64,000 nt of DNA from Pseudovirgaria hyperparasitica (taxonomy: Eukaryota). Position 1 is the stretch's first letter, and each line of letters starts with the position of its first letter. The stretch lies in the NCBI GenBank assembly GCA_010093815.1, contig ML996567.1, one strand, 5' to 3'. Below the pieces are notes generated by a model. It made no database searches and was not told the DNA's origin. It saw nothing but the letters and a program-made list of their open reading frames with translations. Below, one piece after another: positions 50,901 through 63,296 of the stretch. Both the position numbers and the translations under genes were made by a program.

Positions 50901-53081
50901 TTTAAGTAAGTAAGAGGACATAGATAGCGGAGATTACCTTTTTATAGTCCTTCTAGAATTATTCATTATCGACTAGCTATACTAGGTTCTATTATAGTAG
51001 GTATATACGCTAGCTAGCTGTTTTCTAGATAAAGTCTAGTTTCGGGTTATGTTTTTCGAGCTACGGTATACCGAGGATTATATTAAAGGGACTATCTACT
51101 ACGATAAAGGTTAAGTAGTAGGGTTTCTACTTCCCCCCGCTGTCCTAGATACTATATTTAATAGTATAGATACCCTATAATTTAATAGGACTATCGATAC
51201 TATAGAAGGTAGTACCTATTAGTACTTAAATATCGACGTTAAGTTCTCGTGCTCGTTAAGTCGATATAACGTTAGTAGCTAAACCACTATTAAGTATTAC
51301 GGTCTAATATTATCCACGAGAGACCTTGATAGGCCTAGCCTATAGTTTAATATACTAGTTGGCTAGTTATCCCTCTATTTTAGTTACGCCTATAAGTCGC
51401 GAGGGTTCCTTATAGGTAGTTAGTTTTTTATATCATGTACTAGGTAGTTAGGCGCGATATATTCTAGCTACTAGTACTTATAGTATATAACTAACTTAGT
51501 ATCTATATTAGTATTTAGTAGTTTCCCTAAGCGGTACTCGGGTACTATATAGCCTATCCTACTATAGGTGTAGTAGGTGACTTTAGATTATTTATATAAG
51601 TCGTTTCTCGCGTCTTAATATATCGACTAGTAGAAAGATCCGTAGTACGGGCCTCGTCTTCTCGAGTTCATAGAGTAGTAGCGCCCACGAGGTATTCCGC
51701 GCGATCTATTACTAAACCGGTCCTCTTTAGACGATTTTATATTAGATTAGATTAATAGGGATAGTTATACGCCTATACGACGTTAGTTATTTATTATACG
51801 CTAATATCATTCTACGAGATTCGCGAGTACCTAAAGATTAGTAGGGATAGACGTTATAAGGTTAATGCGTTTCTTTACGCTTAGGTTAAGGGACCTTTTA
51901 AAGTTATTATATTATTAAACTATATAATCTTCCTTAGCTTCTCTCTAAAGAGGTCGGAGGTATTTAAGGAGTTATAATAGAGATTATCTCTCTCGCTATT
52001 AAGTCTTAAAGATATGGCTCTAAGCCTATTTATATCGCTTAGCTCTATCGCTAAAGTATTAAAGAAGGAATTCGGTGAACGTGTCCTAGTTATACGTATC
52101 CTTAGGGTGTTTAATTTAATATACTATCTAATGTTTAGATAGCGTTAGGTCTAGGTAGTTCTATACGAACCTAATCTTATTACTATCGTTCGTGAATAGA
52201 TAGAAGAATCGGCTATACTAGTAAGTCTATTCGTGAAAGCTCCTCCTGGTTTTACCGTCGAAGTAAGGTGGTTTCTTAGACTAAGGTAACTAGGATAGTA
52301 ATAGACTTAGTTAGACTATTTCGGCTTAAGTTAGTCTATATTAGTATAGGTTAGTTACTACTAGTACTAAAGCGCGTAGTGCGGCTTCGAGTCTAGTAGT
52401 TCGTCCTTACGCTTTATCGAGTTCACGAAGTTACTACTTAAGCTAAGTCTAACGCTATCTCTCCGTGTATAGCTTAGTATATATATTATTATAAGGCGTG
52501 GTTAACGTTAGTTAGTTCTAATGAATTAATTCATTAACGTTAATAGGGTCTAGTCTTATAGTAAGGATAGATCTAGTATAGTATAAACTAGACCGCGATA
52601 GAGTATAATAGACTTCTTCCTTATTATCTAGGTAATCTTCTACGGTTATACGGAATACCGTACTAGTTATTAGTATAATAGCCTATAGAGTATACTTATT
52701 AGTAGAGGTAGTCGTAGGGAGACTATTCTCTTCGTTTAGATTTAGAGAGAGTCTCTCGTATAAGGTAGTGCTACGGGTATTATAGCGCGTAGTAGGAGCT
52801 ATCTCTATAAGCTACCGTTATACTATATAGAGAGGAATTAAAATATAAAGAGTAAAGACGTAGGATAGTAGTCTAATAGTTCATAGAGAGACATAGAAAT
52901 GTATTTATAGAGTAATCTTACTCTTATACGAGGTTGATTCCTAATAAGTAGGAATCGGTTTATATGGTCTACTTATATAGTAACCTTACTTAACTTAGCT
53001 AACTTAACCTAGCTCTAGCTACTACGTGGCTATATGGATTAGAATGGTCTATATAGGTCTATTATGGTTCCCGTTCTAATA
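44999..53081 (-). mobile_element. Complete 8,083-bp Ty3/gypsy (chromodomain-bearing) retrotransposon family A, copy 2, RIP-degenerated
   Basis: 238-bp LTRs at 44999-45236 and 52844-53081; TSD ATAAG (44994-44998 and 53082-53086); PPT-like AAAAAGAAGAAGG on the minus strand next to the left LTR; minus-strand gag, PR, RT, RH, IN and chromodomain (DT*EP, ex DTWEP, ~47795). Confidence 0.95.
45716..46715 (+). pseudogene. Relic antisense, probably spliced, accessory gene of gypsy A
   Basis: 138 stop-free codons at 45716-46129 in frame +2, continuing through TAG stops into a Tyr-rich (ex-Cys) motif; GCTAAC..TAG and GCTAAT..TTAG 3' splice signatures. The end is approximate. Confidence 0.55.
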
Positions 53082-54473
53082 ATAAGATTAATAGAAATGG
53101 GTTACCTTTAGTAATAACGAAGTATAATTAGCTACTAGTTCTATTAGAACCAAGCTAGAGTAAGAGGCTAGAAGTTAGTAAGTCCTTGTAAGTGAGATTT
53201 CCTTACACTACTATGTAATATAGATTATAATTCTAGCGTTAAGGTAACTTAAGTTATAAACCACCTAAGGACTTTAGAGTATTATAGAGTATTAAATTAT
53301 ATAGAGACTTTATAAGTAGAGGAAGGTATAACCTTAAGTCGAGCTATTAAGAATTATAACTATATTATAGATATCTAGTACATTATAGCTAGGAGAATAA
53401 GATTATTAAACTTAATATTCGGGCTCGCCTCTTTAATAATAGATACTTCTATATAATATATTCTACCTCTTAAAATATAAAATAAATACCTAATAGGGAG
53501 ACGAAGGACTATAAGGATAAATATAATATAGTATAGAAAAATAAATTAATAGAAAGAAAACTATAGACTATAATCTAGTCTAAGTATAAGATTAATAGAA
53601 ACGGGTTACCTTTAGTGATAACGAAGTGTAATTGGCTACTGGTTCCATTAGAACTAAGCTAGAGCAAGAGGCTAGAAGTCAGCGAGTCCTTATGAGTGAG
53701 ATTCTCATCGCGACCTGTTGTGCCCACTGCCCCTCATCTCTTGCCTAAGCAGTGGCTGCTTGTTGATAGCTCATCCTCTCATAAATGGTATATACGCAAG
53801 TGACAAATCCTACTGGTGTATGATAAAATGTACTTTCCTCCTCCACAACATAATCAGTGACTAAATATTGCACGGCACGGAGTAAGGCACCTCGATGAGC
53901 AGTTGAAGGTCGGTTTCAAGCTCTGGCAGTACGGCAATGATATCAAGGAGAGGCACATCCGCATGGAAAGAAGAGCAGCTTTTGTATTACTTCAACGATC
54001 ACCTTGAGGCATATCTGGACATTGACACTGCCATTCTGAGCACATGTCCAGTCGAGTGTGTCTGATAGTGGTAGAGTGGCTCGCCCTAGCATGAGGAGGT
54101 ACTAAATCAACTTTCAAGATAGTTCGCAGATTTTCGGTCCACTATGAAGCGAATCTGCTTTACGACAGTCAGCAGGCATCTTTCAAATCGAGGACGAATT
54201 TCAATGTGGTTCAAACAGCCTGCTTGACCTTGTGAGTCTCAATAAATGTTTTTTTAATCGTTGGTTTTGCACGGTTTCGGGCGTAGGGTGGTTACTAAAT
54301 GCAAAGGCTAATTAGCAGCCCCGCAACTAGGTATCCTGGATTCACCTCAGCGGTGGCAGAATAATCTTGGCGTGGAATTTCGCACCCTGCCTTCTGTGTG
54401 CGCAACACCACATTTCGCATTCTAGCGCGCTTCAACGTCAACCCCCCGCGACTCAATAATACCACAAAAAGCC

Positions 54474-55446
54474 ATGGGCGTCGCTTTCGATTATGCGCCA
54501 GACCGGCCAGAGCAGATCGACCAGATCCTGAATGGCCTTGAGCGATACAATCCTGAGACGACCGGGGTCTTCCAGGACTACGTGATGCAGCAATGCGAAA
54601 GCCAGACATACGACTGCTACGCCAACCTGGCGCTTCTCAAACTGTAAGTGAAACCTCTGTGTATGTACGATACTATACGATGATGAACAATTTTCATATC
54701 CACGTTTCCTATTACCTGAGGGCGAAAGCTCGCGGAAGTTACAACCTTAGCTCTAGAACTGAATGTTCTTTACTCGTTTGCGAATTAATCGGACAGAAAC
54801 TTGCAGAGAGGTTAACTGACGACACATTTGCGTGCAGATATCAATTTAACCCGCATTTAACGCGCGACGAGACTATAACCAACATCCTCGTAAAGTCTCT
54901 CACGGTCTTTCCCTCACCAGACTTCAGTCTTTGCCTCTCGCTTCTCCCACCACATCTCCTCTCGCCTAGTCTAAACCCCTCCACACGACCATCTGGTGAC
55001 CTCGCAGAGTCAGTCCAAAAACTTTCCGTCCTCAACAACCTCCTTTCATCCGCAGACTACTCCTCGTTCTGGTCAACACTAGACTCGGATGATCTGTACG
55101 CAGATCTCGTCGCTGATGTGAGCGGCTTTGAGGAGCTGATGAGGGTACGGATCGCAGTCACAGTATCACAAACCATTCGTGAAGTGCAAAAAGAGATTCT
55201 CTCGAGCTGGCTTAACCTGAGCGGAAACGAATTTGAGCACTTCGTTGGCACAGTGTGCGGCTGGAAGGTTGACGGCAGCAAGGTGGCGATACCCCTGAAC
55301 AAGGAGAATGAGGCCAAGGGTACAGTTGTGCGCGAAAACGTGAAGTTTGATCGTAAGTCATGTTGGAATATTTCTGCTTCTATCCGTGCTAACAAGACAA
55401 AGAATTCTCGAGGATCGTAAGGAGGGCATATGAACAACCAGCGTGA
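54474..55446 (+). CDS. eIF3k: Eukaryotic translation initiation factor 3 subunit K (3 exons)
   Basis: [21 protein letters not shown]....[42 protein letters not shown]|..[12 protein letters not shown]. Confidence 0.93.
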
Positions 55447-55565
55447 TCGGGTTGACATCTCAATATAAGAGCCTTTCCGGAAATACATATACCGGCAACG
55501 CCGAACTGGGTATATCATTGAACAAATCTTGCCAAGTCCTGGTGAAAGGGACGTCATGTCCATCT

Positions 55566-56838
55566 TTACTTTCTGGTCTGCTCCCACTGTACACCAGCCC
55601 ACTCCTCAAGATAGCCAACTTCTCCAGCACCTACATCTCCAGGCTGGCAATCCAACCTACACACCCCGACAATCACAGTGCCCCACTCCATTCCCTCAAG
55701 CCCCTCCTCTTCTGCCTCTAGTTCCATGATCGCATGTGGCGTTAGTTGGACCTCAAACACCCTCTCCGCCCCACAGTTTCCACACCTCGTCATGCCCGCA
55801 TTACCGCTCCTTCCATCCCCTAGTGCCTTTCCGACCGCATCGAGCTTACTATACAGTAATGGCTGCCCTTTGAACTCATAACGCAACACCTGCTCCGGGT
55901 TCTGACTCAGCCGGTCCGCAAATTTTTGGAATGTCTTATCAATCTCAGACTCGTATTCGCCTTTCATATCTTTCGCAGAATTAGAAAATTCGCCGTCGAC
56001 GTCCAATTGCATGCGCACATTTTGAGGGGGCATGGGGGCTTCAGCATCTAGGGTTTCATAGTCTGCATCGAGATTGTAGATTGGGTATGGATCTGGGAAG
56101 GAAGATTCTGAGGGCCATGGTTCATGGGGTCGCGCCGGCTGGCGTATGGCGTGCGGTGGGGAGGAGATGCGAAGTTTGTCAGCGAATGAATCGGTGAGGT
56201 TAGAAAGCTGTAGGGTTGGTGGTTGAGGAGGTTTCGCGGCGAGTAAAGACGTTGCTGCAAAGGGATTCGATGTATGAGAAGAGGCAAAAGGGTTTGGCGG
56301 TACACTCGATCCGGATGATGCCGAGAAGGGATTTGCGCCCCCTCCTGTGAGTGGCTTTGCGCCAAAGAGAGATTCTCCCAAGTTCATCTGTTGTTTCTTG
56401 GACTCTGACGCTGCCACCGGAACCGCCTTTGCTGTTTGGGCTCTCGCCATGGCTTCTTTGCTGACACGAATAGCTCGAAAGGCTCTTATGCTTCCATCTT
56501 TCCTTCTACAGGTCTTTTTACGACAGCTCCATACATACAGACGTCTTTCGTGACCGGGAAAAGTGCCTGGCATGTCCCCATTGAGCTGGAGGAGAAGAGA
56601 AAGGTAGGAGTTGCAAGTTTTGCATCTAGCGAGCGCGCCAGTTGGGGCAGTCTTCGAATCGAGCCATTCCTAGACTTGTCAGTGCCGCGCATGTATAATA
56701 GGTAGGAGTTCATACTGGGTGTCCGCCAAGATGGCTCACATTGTCGTCCGTCTCATCTTTGGTGGCGTAACCTAGAAGGACATTTGTTTCGGTAAAGTTG
56801 TCTTCCGCACCGGAAGAGTCACTGTCATAAGTCGTCAT
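55566..56838 (-). CDS. TSR4: PDCD2/Tsr4 family ribosomal protein chaperone (intron ~56670-56715)
   Basis: MTTYDSDSS..ETNVLLGYA..SHLGGHP, CKTC..LLLQL, RRLYVWSC, NPEQVLRYEFKGQPL, CGNCGAERVFEVQLTP, GMEWGTVIVGVC. Confidence 0.9.
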
Positions 56839-57849
56839 TTCGAGATCACCTGCCAAATTATTACGTCGTGTTCTATAATGCGCATTTACGATTTGTGGTG
56901 TTGAAAATCTTCTTATCGATAGGCGACGATAGCTGCCTGAAGATCAGGGCGACATGATCCATCTCCTGGTATCACGCTAAGCTTCTTCAGACTAGCTCAA
57001 CTACTTTTCATTTCGTCTTCGTGGAGTATAGACCCGCACGAACACTCATCTCCCGAACATTCCTTTCGTACACTAATTACATCGGTTCATTGCCATCTCA
57101 TTTTGAAAATATTCGATTTTATTCCTAACATTTCTTTTATATGCGTGAAAAGCCTTGGTATATTAGCGAATTTCGAATACAAGGCTCGAATTCTAATATT
57201 TACCGACTCTATACCAACGTATTGGCTAAGCTTTCAGCGATATATCGGATGAGTAGCAACCATCTTGTGGTCATCACACAAGCTGCAATGATCATGATGA
57301 TGATCATGATGGTGGCGATGATATCTGGCAGTTTCCTGCAACCTAACAAAATGTTAAAGCTAGTGTGGTTGGTAAAGAAACGGCAAATCAATGAGAAATT
57401 ATTCCGAGATGACTGCGTGCGGGATATTTCTCCTGAACACTGATTCACAGAATACCTAACTAAACTTGAAATCCTATCATTCTTATCCAGATTATTCTCA
57501 TTAAAGGCACCAAAGATGGACGATTTTCATCTCTCCAAGATGACTCTCACCTCTCGTGTCAAGAGAGTAAGGCGATGATTATTTCGGGATTTTGGCGTCA
57601 ACATGGAAGAGCAATAGTCTGGAATCTCATGAAGATAGTATAATAGTCAGGTTCTTCTTCGTCTCAGTCTATCCAATCCATCCTCATTCCTCAGCTCACT
57701 TCAGCATTCACTCATTCGGTCTTCAAACCAAAGTCGCTCTTTTGCAAAAGTCATTCGCTTTTTACCACTCTACATAATCTAATCCAGCCTCGACTCCTTC
57801 AAACCTATACACTAATAATTAATCGTTCCACCTCGACACGATTCCCAAA

Positions 57850-59235
57850 ATGCAGTACTACAGTGTCATCGCATTGTCCGTCATTTCATCGGTGGCTGCC
57901 GCCGACCTGAACATGTTCAAGCCGAAGATGACCCACGACAAATTCATCAATTCCATTCCGGAGTGTGCTGTAAGCGATCCTCAAGAGCCTTTACTGACAA
58001 AGCTGACATTGTTTAGCGCGAATGCCACTCCTGGGCACTTGGCAACAACGGCTGCTCGTTGGATGACTTCGATTGCCATTGTCAAAAGAAGGATGCCACT
58101 GACTCCATGATCAAGCCTTGCCTGAGGAATGGCTCAGCGTGTGATCCTGGTCGATTCAACAGTAAGCTCACGACACGTCCTATTTTTTTCTGAGAGTCAA
58201 GTCTAACACATACCAGAGCGCACCGGCAATGATGCAGACTACGGCTACAACGATGTGTGTGCCCCGCCTGTCGCAACCATGTCCTGGGAGCAGCCCAAAC
58301 AAACTCCCTCGATGACTTGGGGAAAGCCATCCAAAACTCCCTCCATGACTTGGGAGAAACCATCTAAGGCTCCATCCTCGATCTTGCAGAAGCCGTCGAA
58401 GACTCCCTCTATGAGCTGGGAGAAGCCCAAACAGACTTCCTCGATGACGTGGGAGAAGTCAACCAAGGCCTCCTCCATGACTTGGGAGAAGCCATCTAAG
58501 GCTCCCTCTATGAGCTGGGAGAAGCCATCAAAGACCCCCTCTATGAGCTGGGAGAAGCCATCTGAGACGTCTTCTATGAGCTGGGAGAAACCATCCAAGA
58601 CCCCATCCATGAGCTGGGAGCAGCCATTCGAGACTCCCTCCATGAGCTGGGAGAAGCCATCCAAGACGCCATCGATGACATGGGAGAAGACCTCTGAAAC
58701 TCCTTCATCGACTTGGGAAAGCACTATGGAGACTCCTTCCTGGGAGATGTCCTCATCCTGGGCCGAAGAGACTTCCTCTACGATTCACATGTACACGTCT
58801 GAGAAGCCCATGCAAACCCCATCGACTCCATCTTACCAATACGGCCACAACCACACGAGCATGCACATCCACAGCTCTGAGAAGCCCATACAGACCACAT
58901 CTACTCCTGCTTACCATTACGGCCACAACCACCCAAGCATGGCTGCAGAGTCAAGCCACTGCACCAAAGATTGTGTCGCCGTCACCGTTACAAAGCCAAC
59001 CACCACCATGACCGTCATCGTCACCCCAGTGCCTATGGGATCTCCAGCCCCGTCTGCATTCTGCCCTTCCGTCGGTGGTACCACAACTGTCACTGTAACT
59101 GCTACACGCAAGGTCCAGCCTACTGTGATACCTGCCATCGGCCGTCAGACCCCAAACAGCGGTGCGGCCCCGTTGGACGTGGCGCTGCTGGCGATGTTCT
59201 TGGGTATTGTCGGCTTGTGCTTCCTGCTATGGTGA
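57850..59235 (+). CDS. Secreted CFEM-domain, GPI-anchored protein with 11-aa tandem repeats (3 exons)
   Basis: Signal peptide; spliced IPECA|REC...GCSLDDFDCHC...KPCL...AC Cys pattern of CFEM; about 14 repeats of TPSMSWEKPSK type; hydrophobic C-terminus. Confidence 0.82.
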
Positions 59236-61620
59236 AGGGATGTAGTGGTGTGTATTGAAGGTGGAAGTTACGAATCACGCCTGAACAGCTCTCTTTTGTC
59301 AATCTTTTTCCTTTCTACTTCTTCATGTCGATATACTTTGTAGGGTTTTATAATTTGAAATATGAATTTGATCCTGGAAATTTATACATTTCGACTTTCT
59401 GCGATGCGATGTTCACCTTTCACCAGTCCGACGATCCAGAAAGGAGACTCGCCGCTATCCACGAGCAGCATCAATCAATCTCTTCCTAACGCTCAGTAAT
59501 CAAAATCCAGCAACGACCGCACAAATACAATAATACAAAGCTTAACAAAGCACAAATATGCTCTGCAGAGCCTCCATTACATAGGCTTGGCGTGATGTTA
59601 TCGCTCCATGGATAGACCAGCGCCGGTACCCAACGTGCAGATGCACTACAATCATCCTTCTACTGATACGGATACCGGTTCCAGACTGCCACGCATAGGG
59701 TGCAGTGAGCGGGCATACTTATGGTGGGTGCAACGTTGCCACTTCATGTGCTTGAAGCAAAGGCAAATAACTCAGGATCGGCAGATCAATTCTTTGTTCT
59801 TGGCTCTGTACGCCAAAGTAGTTTCGGTGTTCTGTTCGTGACACGGGCGAGTAACCGCGGTAGTAAGTGTAAACTAGGTTTTAGTGGAGCTGATCCCTGG
59901 GCCGCTCCCGCCTCCACGATGCTTTGGGCTGGTCCACTGATGTCTTACAAGGCTGTCGCTTCCGCTTTCTGGTATCGAAACAAAGACTTTCTTTGAGAAT
60001 CAGCTGATCGCGCTCTCGAATATAGAAGAGACAAGTGTCTGACTGATGCCACATTCGTGATGCCAGTACAACATCATGTCCATCAAGAGAAGGACTAGTA
60101 TAAACCAGCTATGTTACAGACTGCGAAATGCTTACTATGTCTTTGAGAAGAATATTCGATAGCGTCTCCGGCCCGTTCAAACCGGGCTGACACTAATTAC
60201 ACTTCAGGGTTCGGTTTGTAACTTTGTATTGCTATCGCAAGCCTATCTGCTAGCGTTGGTGTTAGGTTGCCTAGCCAGCATGGATTCCCAGTAAGCGGAG
60301 ATATCGAGCGTGACATTGCACACACACACTTCATACAGAAACACACTCTGACAACCGCCACATTGCATCATCCACCTTCATTCCGCGCATCTGATTTCGC
60401 GCGCCCGTGGTATCCTCTTGGTTGTCGTCAGACTTTAGAGCGCGACGACGTTCGATCGATTCAAGTGATGCAACTACGAGAGATAACAAAAGGATGGCTG
60501 CGAGATGACGTCGAAGTTGGCGAAGAGTCAAGGTTTTCGGTCACTCCGGCTGTCGCGAGCTGCATGGTTGATTACACTTGAGCTTGAGCTTTTGTGAATC
60601 ACCATGGCGATATTATTCAGCCCGTCGTGGACTTGTGGTATGGTGACAACTACGCGCAGCGATTCAAGCGTATGTCTTTTTGAAAGTTCAACAGTCTAGC
60701 GAGGAAAGGGGAAGTCAGAGTAAATGAAACCGAACTCTTCGCTGATTATTTGTGCACTAGGCATAAGTGTGTCTTTCCGAGACCCCCGCTTATGGATGCC
60801 TCTACATTAATTGCATGCTGGTTCCCAGCACAGTCTACGCAAGGCTGTTAATGCTCGCCATCCATCACGAGTATAAGACGTTGGATTATCCATTCATGGC
60901 CTGTTATCTCGGTGTACCACGTAGATCCATGACCAGGTTGTTACACTTCAAAGACAAAGCCGTGCTACTATACTGTATTCTACGCGGTGTGACATGAATA
61001 TATGATACTGTAACGCACTACAATCCCAGCACAAATCAGTCAAGAATTACCCGATTTGGCAAGTCCCAAGTGTGTGTCTGGGTTGCACGATGCCGGCTTG
61101 CCTAGCGTGCCGCAGCACAGGCTCAGGCTCGTACAAATGCAACAGCAACATGGTGTATTGGCTCAGTAAGCGGCATCTTACTGCAGCTGGTTTCTGAAGG
61201 GGACAGACTGAAGAGGCTGTAATGCTGAGCATAAAGGTGATATGGTGGGGCGCCGATCTCCCAATATTGCGAGCATGCAGGGTTGCTTAGTGAGTGCGGA
61301 GCAGAATAGATCGACGTCATTCAAAATATTCCGTTACACGATGTGACCAATATTACCTGTTGAATCGACGGGTATACACGGCGAGGCCCAAGACGGTGGT
61401 GTGGTAGTCACGATGGGATAGGCATGCGTAGGTACTGGGGAGCTGGCGCTTTCCAGCGACAAGAATGTTGGGATAGTGTATGTTGACGACCATGGATTAT
61501 ACGACCGTCACTGCCGTCCTCAATATATAAGTCGACCGTCATGCCGTCCATCAGGTATTTTCTCCTCGCATTCACCACTAATCACTTCTACATCTCGGTG
61601 TAACACAATATACCTTCATC

Positions 61621-62208
61621 ATGCGTCCCTCAACCATCGCTTCCGTTCTCGCCTTGACTGGTGCTGCCATTGCTCAGTCCAACTACCCCAACCAGTCTGC
61701 ACCTTTCAATCTCCAATTTATCTCCGACGATGACGAAAGCCTGAACGGTACATACATCGGCGCGTGTCACACAGGCGCAGCTATAGAGTCTCTCTGCACT
61801 CTCGGGTCCAGCAACAGGAACAACTACTATCTCAATTACACCATGTACCCCAGCGAGAACGTTGGCCTCTTGACTTGGAACCTCGTCGGCAACGGCTTCG
61901 TTGCTAGCAGTCCCATGAACATCTTTTACTCGATTGGCACGGACGTGGCTCAGCTACTGCTCCAGCCCTCGTCCAACGGTCTCCATGTTACTTTTGACGA
62001 CAACAACAAGATGGCTATTTCGAACTCGATCGATGATACTGTTACGCCACCCAAGTACATCACTCCTGCCGAACTGCTCTACAGATGGCATGTATGTTTG
62101 ACGAACTACCTTGGGTATAACTACAACACACTCACGTGGGTCTTGGGCAACGACAAGCCGCAAAATCCCAGCTGCAAGAAAGTCGATGTGCTAAGGACAT
62201 TTGTCTAA
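61621..62208 (+). CDS. Small secreted protein (195 aa, 4 Cys)
   Basis: Signal peptide MRPSTIASVLALTGAAIA; GACHTGAAIESLC and RWHVC..Y.YNTLTWVLG...PQNPSCKKVDV; TATA-like CAATATATAA at ~61521. Confidence 0.85.
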   Translation: MRPSTIASVLALTGAAIAQSNYPNQSAPFNLQFISDDDESLNGTYIGACHTGAAIESLCTLGSSNRNNYYLNYTMYPSENVGLLTWNLVGNGFVASSPMNIFYSIGTDVAQLLLQPSSNGLHVTFDDNNKMAISNSIDDTVTPPKYITPAELLYRWHVCLTNYLGYNYNTLTWVLGNDKPQNPSCKKVDVLRTFV

Positions 62209-63296
62209 GCAATGAGTATTTGAGGATGGACGACGGTATAGAAGCTTTACACCCATGGTTCGAAGTTTTGATAGCCCTGGCCCGTAATATGCGACGGTGA
62301 ATAAGGAAATGGCTCCAAACGAGCCCGAGATAATTTACCTTGAGGCGGACGGTGACGACTCTTGCACATGAACCTGTAACGTATGGCTGAAGACAGCACT
62401 ATTAATAATTAATACGAAGCACTCCTTGTTGTACTCACTTTCGATGAAGAATCTTATGAGTTGACCGTTTACGTTCAGCCGGGACCAAGCATGACCTCAA
62501 GAGTCTCGAGTCCTGCCTAAACGCTATTCGGTGCCCGGGTTGCTTGTCGCGGTGGGCTAATCACCCGCTACGCAGCCAGTCCATGCTAACCCTCCTAGGC
62601 TACTATGTAGTATATGAGTTTCTATCCGTACGGTGAATAGAGACGCGGCTCGAGCTTGAAGTGGAATTGAATGGGTGGGAACTTATTGCTCTGTTTCAGG
62701 CAAGCTCAATTTCCGCAGCAGTGAGTCGGTGCCACTCATTTCAGACTTTTAGAGACTGATTCTGTTTACTCAAGTCTGGAGCAAGAGCGTCCTCGTGCTT
62801 GTTCACATCTACTCACATGCTCATGTCGATGGACGCAGTCAGATGTTCTTCTGGACTCTTGAAGGATAGCATTGTGTAAATTCAAGCGAATATCCCACGA
62901 GACACAACGAGATATTCCGAGGATTGGTCACATACTTTCCCGAAAGAGGCAATGGTACACACTCACAAGTATGGGATGGATCGATATATAGAAATTCGGT
63001 GTCCAGGTCACACTTGGTTGCTAATGTTGTTGATGTGCTCGTCGTCAAGTCATGTATCTGATGTACAATCAAGACGAGACGCCGCTTCGTTGCCAATAGT
63101 GCACTCATAGTATCATTCGTGAAATGTAGTGACTTGCAATGGCACGAAGGGTAGACATGTTAGCCAAAGTGGACACGAAGCAAGACGGAAAAAAATGCTG
63201 TGATCAGCACGTAAAAGGATTTTCTAAACATATATATACATCGAAAGTAACTTCATGTTCCTCTGCTCTTTCTCATCGTACCATTTCCTCATCTAC

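Larger units (their letters stand above)
44609..53703. repeat. ~504-bp tandem duplication, RIP-mutated; copy 1 = 44609-44998 plus 53087-53200 (split by gypsy A), copy 2 = 53201-53703
   Basis: CCTCACACTACTGTGTGATATAGATTGTG at 44609 vs CCTTACACTACTATGTAATATAGATTATA at 53201. Copy 2 contains the empty site AGTATAAG|ATTAATAGAA at 53583-53600. Confidence 0.88.

Noticed and set aside
57287..57322. ATG/ATC microsatellite giving ORFs 57141-57443 and 57209-57448
   Set aside because: Simple low-complexity repeat in intergenic DNA with no coding hallmarks.
58245..58724. Minus-strand repeat ORF (DGFSQLIEGV)n
   Set aside because: Antisense of the CFEM protein's 33-bp repeats; the plus strand has the signal peptide, splice sites and GPI tail.
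60171..60187. GCCCG-TTCAAAC-CGGGC hairpin resembling a tRNA T-arm
   Set aside because: No D-arm, anticodon arm or acceptor stem in the flanks.
59600..61320. Several short ORFs between the CFEM and secreted-protein genes
   Set aside because: No motifs, consistent frame or splice structure that I could support.
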